Shown: piece after piece, positions 39,740-51,900 of the stretch | How the letters are laid out: each line of letters opens with the position of its first letter | Numbering within the stretch: the stretch's first letter is position 1 | Source of the DNA: Camelus dromedarius | Taxonomy: Eukaryota | Direction of reading: 5' to 3' | Length of the DNA: 64,000 bases | Assembly (NCBI RefSeq): GCF_036321535.1 | Contig: NC_087436.1 | Span: 84,322,001-84,386,000 of the forward strand | Notes under the pieces: model-generated | What the model saw: the letters and a program-made list of their open reading frames with translations, nothing else | What the model was told of the DNA's origin: nothing | Database searches by the model: none | Program-made: the position numbers and the translations under genes

Positions 39740-41464
39740 GATCACTTATGGGAGATGCCATATTTTCAGGGCTAATTTTCAGACTTCTGTTTACTTCCTG
39801 AGCTCACTGGAGATTGCACCAGAATTCAATTTATTGTTTGGGGTCTTGTATTGATGATCCATGTATTGATTCTGCCATTTAGTTTGTAAGCATCTAAGGT
39901 CTCATATTCTCAATCTGTCTTGTCTTCCCAATTGGATCACTAGATTAAAAGCACTCAGGGCAAGGTTCCCCTTTTATATATTTTAAGTATAAATATCATA
40001 ATTGAATGAAAAGGCCAAGATTATAGGTAATCAAACCAGCTCTAATCATAAATGAGTATTTTTAAATCTGATGCTAAAACCTGATGAAATAGATGTAAAC
40101 TTTAGGAAGAAGCATTCCACCAACATACAAGCCTTAGAAATGTTTATGACAAGTGGCTGAGGGGCAAGAAGGGCAAGCTGGGATGGAGGCAGAAATAGAA
40201 AATTTAGAATACTCAGCAAGGTGGCTTTAAGGGTACAAATTTTAATGTAAAGAGTAATAAATGAGCAACAATCCAGCCAGACTGCTCACAGGAATTCAAC
40301 CCTATTTCCCAAACAGCCTACTGAAAGGGTTTCTCATGCACAAAAAACACTAGTAAATGTCTTCAATGGCACTGTTTAAAAATAATAATCTTATACATCT
40401 CTGCTTGAACATTAAACGCTGACATAGACTTAGATTGGATTTCTGGTAAAAAAAGTGATCCTAAACAGCGTTAGAATGTCTATCCCACCTCCCATCTCTT
40501 TTTTTCCCCCCTCCTAGTAAGATCTACATGCAAATGAGATGTTTTAAGGCTGGTCTAATAGAGACTTGTGTACAGAGCATGATTTACAAACCCTGTCTAG
40601 TGAATAACAGAAATTTTAAAAGTACATTTTTGTTTTGGGAATGAATTCTTGATGGCTCTTATAGGAATTGGTATTTCCATCGATGTTCCCTATCTCCATC
40701 TCCATTTACTCCCCATTCCCTCCCATCTGCATCTAAATATCAGAGTGTCATTCTGAGACTGTGATGGTAAAGAAGAGGAACTTGACGCACAGAGAAGACT
40801 TCACTGGATGGTTTTAAGTGGCATGCTTTAAAGCAATGGTGGCACCAAGAAATGGCTATAAGATGTGGATTCTGTCCACAATTAACACCACTAATAGCCC
40901 CATACAGGCTACCCCAACATATTTCATCAATTCCAAGATTTTTTTTTTCTCATTTAACATTTCTGAAATGAGGACTTTACAATCTATGGTATATCATATT
41001 TTGATTGGCAGCATTTTTTTCTTTCTTTTTGGTACCTAAAATAATGGCATTTTAGAGCCTAAGAACCATTGTGAATAAAAACAGTTCCTTATTTCCTTTC
41101 CAGCCACATCGCTACCTCTAAGCACATCTTATCTAGAAATTCTGTAGTCACTGCTGCCTTACAGTTTTCTTCTTTTTTAGTCTAAAACACAAGCTTCCTT
41201 ATGTTTATAATCTCTCAAGAAAAGCTGGGATTACTGTAAACCAAGAGTTCTGACACAAAATGTGATTCTGAACACAACTGTTCCTTGTAAAAAGTTATTC
41301 CTTTAACTATATATGAATCTATTTGTCTGTTTTACCAGAGATCAAATCCTTGTTAATAATTCACATTGTTTAGAACCAGAAAGCAGCTCTGAGCCCAGGA
41401 ACTCCAGAAGCACCGAGATCACTAAGCTAATCCAAATAATGTCTGTTTTTTCTTTTTTTCTCCC

Positions 41465-41755
41465 TCAATTTTTAAACTGTGGTAAAATACATAAAATTTA
41501 CCATCTTTACCATTTTCAAACATACAGTTCAGTGATATTAAATACATTCATAATGTGCAACCATCACCACCATCCATCTTCATAATATAACCCTTTTCAT
41601 CTTGTGAAACTGAAACTGTACTCATTAAACACTAACTCCCCACTGTCCTTTCCCCCAAGCCTTGGCAACCACCATTCCATTCTCTGACTCTGTGATTTTG
41701 ACTATTCTGTGTACATTATATACGTGGAATCATACGGATTTGTCTTTTTGTGACT
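41465..41755 (-). mobile_element. L1MB-like 3' end fragment
   Basis: Same motif series as the 34968-35250 element. Confidence 0.75.
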
Positions 41756-41949
41756 ACAATGCCTGGTTTCTGAGGCTTCTCAAACCTCTATGACGGCCCC
41801 CTTTGGGCGCTGGTGGTCTGCAAAGAATGGAAGCAGTAACCACAGCGCCCACAGAAAAGACCCAGACAGTCCCCAAACACATCCTGCACACATTCAGGTA
41901 CCCTGCACCCTCCCACAAAGAACCCATTAAACAGAAAAGGCCGGGACAG

Positions 41950-43210
41950 AGATCCTGCGGGCGGCGAGTGTTTGGAGCTGAGTTCAGTGTTGTGGGCGGT
42001 CAGGGAGCTAGGGTTGAGCGCTGGACAGAGATGGGGCTGGAAAAAGAGTGTTCCCCGCGCCCCCGTGAAGACCAGCTAAGACCTCTTCTTCAACACTAGA
42101 CATGACGAGGGCTGGACGCGGGGACGGGGTTAGGGGTGAAGCCGGGCAGGAGGCCGCGGGAAAGGGACTAGCGACGGGTCGTTAGAAGACTGGAGCCCCT
42201 TCCACCCGCAGATAAAAAGCCCGCGGACGAGACCAGATTCCCTCCGGCGCGGGCCGGGGCCTCGCACGTAACAGAGCCGGCGCTCCGCCCTGAACGCCGG
42301 ACAATGGCCTCGGGTGAGGGTCCGAGGCGCCGGTCTCTTACCGGCGGCTCCAGGGGGGGCTTTGTCAATGTGCTGTCGTTGTCCTTCTCTTTCTCTTCTT
42401 TTTCCTTAAACTGTTCCTTCTCTTTGTCCGTCTCTTGCTCTTTCCTGTTTTCCTCCTCTTTACTCTTAGTTTTCTCCTCCTTCCCCTTTTCTTTTTCCTT
42501 AATTTTCTCCTTCTCCACTTCCTTCTTTTTATCTTTCTCCTCCTTTCCTTTTCCCCGAGTTTTCTCTTTCTCCGGCCCCTTTCCCTTCTCTCTCTTCACT
42601 TTCCACCTCTCCATCCCCACAGCCCCGGCCTCCTTCCCTGCTCCTCCTGCGCGCCCGCACGCTGGAGCCGCGGTGCGGGGTCTCAGCAGGCGTGGCCCCC
42701 GCGGGGAGCGCACGGCGGAGACGTAGGTCCCTGCGCCGTACGCCGCCTCCGAGGTCACGGCGGACGCCGCCGCCGGTTCCCGGGTTGCCGCCAGGCATCT
42801 GACGCTCGCCCGCGGGGCACTGCGCGCAGCAGATTTGCCGAAGCCGGCGGGGCGGGGGAGCTAGAGGAGGGGTCGAGTCTAGCCAAGGGGATTCGGGAGG
42901 CCCGGGCTCGGGAGTTGGGAAAGACCTGAGGGGCAGGAAGAGTGTCCTTGGGGGGTGGGCAGGGGATGGCGGTGCGCACCGTGGCGAGATTCCTTCGGGC
43001 TGGGAAGGGTGTCTCAGAAAGGCCTTCAACGCTCGCCCAGATCTCAGCGCCTCACCTCTCCCGCCTCATCCCGGAGCCCGCCCGGCGGACGGGTCTCCGA
43101 CTCGGAGAATGCTCGAGACGCCGGGGTCCTGAGGGTCTCCAGAGGATTCCCCGCCTTCCCCTAGCTAGTAATCACAAGCCTGGAGAGTGAAGTTGGGTAT
43201 CTCCTCGCCC
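41950..43210. promoter_or_regulatory. CpG island / ARL9 promoter and first exon
   Basis: Abrupt GC- and CpG-rich stretch with GC box (ggggcgggg ~42849) around the ARL9 ATG. Confidence 0.85.
42342..42614 (-). CDS. ARL9: ARL9 exon 1 (273 nt; Lys/Glu-rich N-terminus)
   Basis: gggATGG start; MERWKVKREKGK...STLTKPPLEPP|gtaaga; joins exon 2 in phase 0. Confidence 0.88.
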
Positions 43211-44602
43211 TCCGTCCTGTGTAAGTCTACCAGCACCGTCTAGACTCTATCCAGGATGTTGAATAAAAACAACAGAGGTACCTGAACGGTTCACTTATTT
43301 AAAATTTGTTATATTTCTCTTAATAAAAAATTCTCTGGAGATACTCTGCCAGGATCACAGCTACTGGCAATAACGGGTGTTAAAACAACAAAACAAAATC
43401 GTCTAGTCGCCCCCACAATGATCTAACATGTAGCATATAACGTTGCTTAAACTGGTTGAGAAGTATGTGGATGGTTCTTTTATTTTATTAAATTGGATTT
43501 AGTGTATTTCATCGTGTAACAAAATTATCTTAATGCAAAAAACTGACCTTCCTTCATCAGATCTACATTTCAAATAGGTTTATAAGGAACAATGAATGAA
43601 TGGCAGGTTCCAGGAAGGCCTGAGTTATGCAACAGTTTTTAAGTAGTTTTTAATGTTAGCTGTTTCCAAGTAGTCTTGAAAATATTGTTTAATGACTTAA
43701 AACATGTTTTCTCCTCAACTTGTTTATATACAGATTTCAACATGATGAATTTTCAGTGAAGTTGAAACTAGGTTTCAAGGTTCTCTCAATCCCATTAGTT
43801 TTGTTTTCTGGTTTTGCTGGGAAGGGCAGGGGACAATTTTTGATAACTCAGTTTAAAAAGTTCTTAGATATACTACTAACAGGAAGTCCTCCATAAAATG
43901 CTAACACCCAAAACACTTTAATCCATACTCACTGCTAGATTATTTTATTTTAAAATGTGCCACAGTGAATGGATGTATCTATATTGGTTTTTATAAATGT
44001 ACACACACACACACACATATATATACACAAAGTATATATGTCATTCATTAAAGAACTGTCCAAAAAAAGAAATAATTACTAGAAAGTTAATGTAGGTGTT
44101 TACACTTCATTTGACAATTACAACTTATCTGAACTGAGGTTTCCACTGCTTAGTAATGACTGATAATAACAATGACTAGCAATTACAATGACAAAATAGC
44201 TGTAAATTTCACTGTTGTGCCTTGGTCAAAATTTTCATTGATGGATAATTTTCACCAAAATTCTGTACTTTAGTTAACCTAAAAAATGATTATTCTTCAC
44301 CGCAGAAATTTAATGGAATCCTAAATCACAAATTTACTAACAATTCCTGAAATAGGGTATATATTCAAGAGGAATAAATATCTGTCACTCTTAGCAAAAG
44401 ACTATTCTGAGAGCTCAAAAAGTATAATGCCATAGTAAATCATTCGTATACAAGGGTCTCTTGTTTAGATGCCACCATAGATTGATTATTCTAAACAGAA
44501 AGGCAGCACCACATTTCTTACTCTTATAAAGGAGGAAAAAGCCTTTTTAAAAAACTCTTTGAAGAAGTTTCAGTAGATATATTGAGTCAAACACAGCAGC
44601 AC

Positions 44603-44608
44603 TTTATT
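44603..44608 (-). terminator. Candidate SRP72 polyadenylation signal AATAAA (other candidates at 45729-45734 and 43944-43949)
   Basis: tttatt on + strand downstream of the SRP72 stop; which one is used cannot be seen. Confidence 0.45.
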
Positions 44609-45791
44609 AACAAGGACAGAGAAATATGACCACAAGGAAATACTCTTAAGTCTAAGGTGAATGCTATCCTGGGCAGCATAAAATGAAAACTAAGAAAGGT
44701 GGGCATCCCAGTATGTGTCTCATAGCTGTTCAATGGGAAAGAAAACAAGGCAAGACAAGAGCGACAGTGACATCACAGGCTGACTACAATACTTCATTAC
44801 TTTGAGAAGGGTAATGAATGGTCATACCCCCAACTAGAAAGAAGAGTCATTTGAGACATAATAACTGGGCCAGTTTTGTTAAGTTTTAACACTGCCTACT
44901 CCTGAACTCTGGTATTGATTTCCTCTCTATGTAGGAAGTTAACACTTAATGCTCTTGATAGAGGCCATTTAAATCTTTCTGATTGAAGCAGTCCAAATCC
45001 ATCTGACCTCAGAACACTGGGTCTAAGAGTCAACTTCTTGCAACACTGATATATTTTCTTTGAAATCTTTGATGGTGCTAAGTCGGCATAATGGTACCAT
45101 AATTTGAAAATGAAATGGGGGCACAAAGAAGTCCTAATTTACATATATGTGCTATATATTATATATATATAATATATATAGCATTCCATATTCCAGTATC
45201 ATATGACAGAATTTACAGTCGGAATAATCAAGACATTTACTTTAGTTTTCCTGTGGCCACTCATGTAATGAAGTGAAGAACACCAGTGTATTAATAAGGT
45301 CCCTTTTTATCGCATGCTATTTCCAAGCAGGTGTTTGGAATGCTCAGAAGACTCCACTTTGTCCCCTAAGGCCTCCTAAAACATAATTTAATTGAAACTT
45401 GATAGAATAAGTATCTTCAGACTCTAGTTGAAGCAGAAGTAGTTTCTGTTTATATCCTAGGAAACCTTGGATAACATGCCTTGTTCGTGAAATTGAAAAA
45501 AAACACCAGATCAGCACACAAAGAGAAAGGATACAATAGTTATCAAAGTGACTAAATGCCCAATTATTTTGAGTCATCATCTGTGCAAAGCAAGTGGTAC
45601 CAAGTAGGCCAAATCTGACTAGGTAAGAGTTCCAGGAAGATGTTTTCCTGTTTGATGCACAAAAAAATAATTTTATGAAAATGTGGGGATGGGAGAGGGA
45701 GCAGCTCTGTGCTTCTTGCTGTGTTACCTTTATTATGTCCCTAGTATTACTGAGACTAGTTTAAAAATAGCCTACAACAAGAATGTTCTAA

Positions 45792-45969
45792 TCACCAGCC
45801 ACCTTTTCCACCTTTCTTCTTTTTCTGTTGCTGCTTCTTCTTTGTCGCTGGAGCCCCTGCAGGTTTCTGGTGTCTTGGGGGTATGATATTACTTGTAGAT
45901 GTAGATGCTGTTGCTGCACTGCCAGGTCTTGGGGAGGTGGGTGGGCTGCTCACAGTTTTACTGGCATCC
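45792..45969 (-). CDS. SRP72: SRP72 last coding exon, to TGA
   Basis: cag|GGATGCC...GGCTGGTGA; DASKTVSSPPTSPRPGS...KKKKGGKGGW*. Confidence 0.96.
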
Positions 45970-48900
45970 CTGAAATCATCAGATCAGCACAGTGTTGGTC
46001 ATTCATATATTCAACAAAAAGCTATAAAAATTTCTGTACATGGATTTCACTTTCCACACCTCACAATCTCCTACACATAGTCTATTTCTTTTAAGGTGGG
46101 TTCCCCAACTCCCTATCCATTTTTCTTTTGAATAAAATTTTTACTGCTTTATAATTTTTAAAAAAGTAATAGACTGCACGTGCCAATTTTTGGAAAGCTT
46201 AGAAAATAAAGAAAATTTTAATGACCTACAATCTTACCATTAGAAATAAGTTATTCAGAAAATTTTAAATTCTGCTTTCTAGTCACATTATTTATTTATA
46301 TCTGTTTACCTAGATATTTAGTTAGTTGAATGACTCCACGTATTTAGTTTCCTTCTGAAAGTACTGTAGTCCTAATATTTACAATACAATCTTCTAATTC
46401 TAGTATTTACAATATAACCAAACCAGAAACAATACATTTTCTTTCCTTTACATAATAAGCATGCTACAAAACATTTATTAAAGATAATCTGACTATACTT
46501 CTCATACTGAAAATGTGTTTTAAAAATTCTTACTAATGACCCTGAGTCAATCTCAGAAAGCAGTCTACGCACTGAGGGACTTCAACTGGGGAGCAATGTC
46601 TTACAGTTCAGATGAAGCTCCTGCAGTCGCTCCCTGGGTCCCTTTTCCAATCTGATCCTTCTTTTTACCCTTCTTTCTTCCCCGGTAGTAAGAACGTTCA
46701 CGCATTGGTAGCCATCTTTCTGGATCTGGGGTCACTTTTGGGTCATAATTCTTAGGCAGTTTTCCTGTGTAACAATTAATTGATAAAGAAATGAGAGGTC
46801 TGCCCATAATGCTTCTAAGACAGTCTGTTTAAACACTGTGCCCAAGCCTGGGAATAAAAAAACATTAAAAGTGAAATAAGTTTCTCTGAGAAAGTTTTAT
46901 TTGTATAATTTTACCCACTTTTGCCCTGGATTAAGACAGCCTAAACCTATGAATGCATGGCATTCCCATGGTTAGTGATTCATGGCTGGACACTGACCTA
47001 TGTTGGCCCAATCAGATTAATGGGAAAGGCTTGCCAAGTGCAGAAAGGCTCTCTATGTCCTGATGGATGGAAATGACAAGTAGGTGGCCCTGTTTCCAAC
47101 AAACATCTGATTACCATAATGGGTCCAGTTTTGAGTAAAGCAGAACAAAGAGATACAACTACCGGATAAACCGACCTTGATGCTAACCTTCCTCTACACT
47201 GCCAGTTTCATAAACAATAAATTTTCTTAAGCTAGTCTCATGGAGTTCTATGATACTTGTAGCCAAAAGCTCCCTAATGTATAAAGGCTTATGGTGTGCC
47301 AGGCACTGTTCTAAGAGCTTTACATGTAATAACTTATTTAATCCTATGAGGTATACACCATCATATTCCACTTCACAGCTGAAAAACTCAGGCAGGTATG
47401 TTACAGACCTGTTCACAGTCCCAGCAAAAGAGCAATGTTACTAGAGCAACAATTTGAATTCAGGCACTCAGACTTCAGAACTGCACTCTTTAAAGTTACA
47501 AAATTAAATAAATGTTAGCTATAATCGAGACAAAGTTCAGTATTCATAGATACAAGAGGACAGTATATTTATGTCTAAAGATTTCTACGTAGGACTAAAT
47601 TCAAGTTTTTATCTTATAGAAAAGAATCTAAAGACTTAAAAAAAAGTCTTACCCTTCTTTTTTTTCTTCTTTTTTTTCAAATCTCCCTGTCTACAAAGAG
47701 AATAAAAATCATTACCATCACTGTGATAAAATATTTATACAGCATGAAGCATGTTCAAAAGAGTGAGCTGGGCACTTCATCATAAAGGGGTTTAAGATTT
47801 GGTGCCACCTCACCAAAGCTGGTAACTAGTTGGGATATCAATTCAGATTCAATTTAAGCAAGCTTCATACACTACAGTTTTTAGAAGGTGGTTTAGAAAA
47901 GAGGGGTGACAACTGTTTTCAGAAAATAGATACCATTTACACTGGCACATATTAAGTCTATGCAAAAAGGTAAGAAATCTGTACAAGCACGAAAATCCAC
48001 AGTTCTATGGTAAGTTACCTTATATTTGGCAAAACTAGAAAATAATTGTAATTCTTTGTCAGAAGAACATGTATAGGTGGAATACATGCAAAGAATATTT
48101 CTTGGAGGATATGCAAGACAAGTAATACTGGATTTATGGCCTTGGGAGGGAAGAGGGCAGACAGGGTGAGAAGAAAGAATTTATACTCTGTACTTTATTA
48201 TCTTTCAAGTTTTGAAATTTGTGAGTTTATTGAATTTTTTTAAAGTAAAATCTTTATTAAATACACTGAAAAAAAAGGTACTGGAAGAGCATAAAAAAAT
48301 CAAGAAAACACTTGAAAATAACTGTTAAGTACTCTGAGAGCTACAGTAGGAAAGATGAAGATGTAACAAGTATCTCAGGACATACTCATATGTGATATAC
48401 CTCTATGGGAACTACGAAGCAGCAAACTAAAAGATGAGACAATAATTTCTGCCCGAACTCCATTCTACCAAGTCTTTCAACAGTGACAGTTCTTTCGGGG
48501 TACCCTGAAGAGTAAGAAATGCAACATACAGTGTCTTACTTCGGAGCTTCATCTCTCTTTTCAATAGTCTTCTGAATCGTCTCCTAGTAAATCATACTCC
48601 ACAGCAGTACTTAAAATTTCCCGAAGATTCTCTGCCATTTCTTACTTCTTTGCTTTGCTCACACTTTGCCTACCTCATCCTCATCTTCTCTAGAGTCAAC
48701 ACAATCCTCTCCTCCCTGAAGCCTTTCCTAACCTTCCACTGTCCCCAGGAAGGACTTTTCCCTCTGGTACACTCCTCTATGCCTGCACAGTCGTAGCACA
48801 TGCAACCTTTATTTCAATTAATGCTTAAATATATTTCCTTCCTGCTAGATTGAGAGTTTTTTTGAGGGCAAGGACAATGAATTTTCTTTTGTCAACAATA

Positions 48901-51900
48901 TAGTATGTCTTCAAAAGAAACTAAATCTTTGTATTCAGAAGTCAGCGTAAAAGGCACTAATAATGCCTAATGAAAATACAGTGCTAAAACTGAGAAGCTT
49001 TAAAGTCAATCTACGTCTTAATAATCTGTCTAAGGGAAAGGGAAAGAAGATTAAAGGATTAAAAAAGAACTGTATGTTCTTACTAATTATCCAGCCCTGT
49101 ACTGGAAGAGGGGAAAAAATACTGAAAATATTTAAATAGGCATTATTTGAAAATTCTCTTAAGATCTGGCTTGAATTTATTATTTTGGGGTTCTTGATAA
49201 AGCTTGAAATTGAGATCATGATGAAATGGAATCCAGACCAATACAGTATCTCTGAGACGCCAATCCCTTATTTACCTTTTTAAAATCTACTAGGATAATA
49301 CATTTTTACCAAACACAGAGTTCATAATGAAATCAATCATATACTATCACTGATACATTTTTCAAGTTAGGAAAAATTAGATTTCACAAGTCATTAAAAA
49401 GGGAAAAATAGTGAAAAATTATTAAAGTCACAAAGCTGGGGAAGTGTTCTCTCTCTTTCAGTCTCTATTCATCCTGAGTCAAAAACAGAATCCTGAAATA
49501 TTTTATTTAGTAGGCCTCTGTTGTTTTTGAGACAGCAATGTAGGGAGAACAAGGAAAGAATCAGAATTTGACTTCTTCTAAGTTACCAAAGCTGGCTAAC
49601 TTTTCCTCCCGATCAGCAAAATAAACCTCATCTGAACTCTGGTTTAGAATGTTAAATGACGTACTAAAGGTACGTCAATAACGCACAGGTGAAGTAGGGC
49701 ATATCTAGCCTGTGGAATACTATGCAAAAAAAGAGTACGTCTACATTGAGAATATGGAAAAATCTCTCAGACTTAGTAAATGAAAGAAAGTTCAAAAACA
49801 GTTAAATACAGTACAATCCCGTTTCTGTAAAAAATAAAAAATAATCTAATCTAAAAATATTTCTAAATCAGCTGTGTGTAAACACAAAGAAAAAGATCTG
49901 GAAGTATCTACACTAAATTAGTACTGGAGGTTAATTCTGAGTAGGGAGGAAGGGGGGAAACAAGGACAAAAAGCTGAGCACAGAAAGAGAAGGGAAAAGT
50001 AGCAAAGGGGACTTAAACTTTATTCACATGGAATTTTTATGAGAATGCATTTTTTAAATTTCTTATATAACTTAAAATCAGCACTGGTGGATGTTACAAT
50101 GAAAAACATTACCCTTGCTCCTTTGGTTGACTATCTCCAGCAACTTTTCCACCCTTCTTCCGAATGTACGTAGCACCAGGAGAATTTTCAAGAGCCTCAA
50201 CATCTACTTTGAGAGACATACTATCTGACGAGGGCAAATGTTTACTAAGACTGGGATAATACAGGAGTTTAGGAACACATTATATATACATATATACGTC
50301 TACCAATATACTCATGACAAAAGAAAAACAGTCTTTTTTGGGTGCCTTTCATCAAAAGCAAAAAAAGGTTCTTAAATCTTCTATAGAATAATAAATCAGC
50401 AGGTCATAAGGTCAATTATAGATCATGTATCATGAAAGAAGAATTTGAGAAAAGAGTCATAATCTAATCATCCATTCCTTAGTTCAGTGATGTACTTCAA
50501 GGTGGTGGCTTAATGAAAACTCCACTGCAAAACAACTATCAAGCTTACAAAACACAGACTTGCTCAATGCAGAAGCTTTTGACTTGTGGCTGCTTAGCAT
50601 CCACCATCTCACCTTAGTTTTGGGAACACCAAGGAAATTTGGAGTAGCACACATGGTCCAAACTCAGCCAATCAGGGCACCAAATCCCCTCCTACCATCA
50701 GTAATTGTTTGAGATGTGACCTAAGACTGTTCAATCAGAATGACATTTCAGAATCATGTACAACTACCTAAATAAAATATGCGTTTTCTTCTTTTTTCTT
50801 TGCTGCTCTGCTTGAACCTGGAGAGATACAAGCTGCATTCCTGTTGATTTCATTTTTGCTTGTGGATGAAACTGTACCCCAAGTTGGATCTATCACTATA
50901 TTTTCAGCCACATTGATCAATAAATTCTCATTTTTGCTTTTACTACTTAAAGGAAGGGTTTTGTTTGCTGAAATTTAGAAATGGCCATGGTCAAAACAGG
51001 TAAGGGACGAGATCTAGTGTGCACTTGGGAGTTATCTGGAACAATCAAAAGGATACGCTTTTGCCTTCTCAGGATCTACGAGTGAGTACGCAGAAATAAG
51101 CTGTGCCAAGGTGTGAATATCTTTTGGATTCTGTCTAAAAGAAGAAATAAGAAAGTTACTGAACAGTTTATAAAACTGGAGAAAGTAACATAAACAAGGA
51201 AAATAACTCCCTCATATCAAAGAAGAGCAATAAAACTTGGATTTCTACACCTCCACCTTCCAGAGCTTACTTCCATAGCTGTTCTAGGTCACTAATTGCC
51301 TCCTTCTTCCGCCCATATTTGAGTTTGAAGTTCGCAGCTTCCCTTACCAAGGACAAATGAGCAGGAGATTTGGGCTATACGTTTAATAAAAAGAGAGGAA
51401 AAAAAGTTACAAGCTAAATATCTAGCAAGTCAATGTCACTAGGTCTTTAAAATGGACCAATCCATTAAATTTCTCATCTTAAGTTTTACTGAATGCATTA
51501 AACAACAAAAAACAAATTCACACACACAGAGAGAGCTGGATAGACAAATTATTACAAATGTTGATCAATTTATGAGTTTGGAATGCAACCTATCTCTACT
51601 TAGACTATCTGGTCTAAAACTAGAAATATTCCCCCATAATCAAGTTTTAAAGTTATGTCACCGTATTTCTCAAACATTAATTTAACATACTTCCCAGAAC
51701 ACTGGTATTTCCTCACAGCTAATAGTGCTAACAGTATAAATGCTACCTGTGTATATGTATATCTAAAAGCTGAATATTGCCTATGCAGAGACCTACACTG
51801 GAAAAAATAAAGATGTTCCTATTAGATGGAGATATAATACACAATTATTCTATGTACTGCTGTTCTACCAATTACTACCATCCATGACATCACTTATATG

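Noticed and set aside
42304..43190. Overlapping ORFs on both strands in the ARL9 CpG island
   Set aside because: Stop-poor shadows of GC-rich or low-complexity sequence; only the MERWK frame splices into the GTPase exons.
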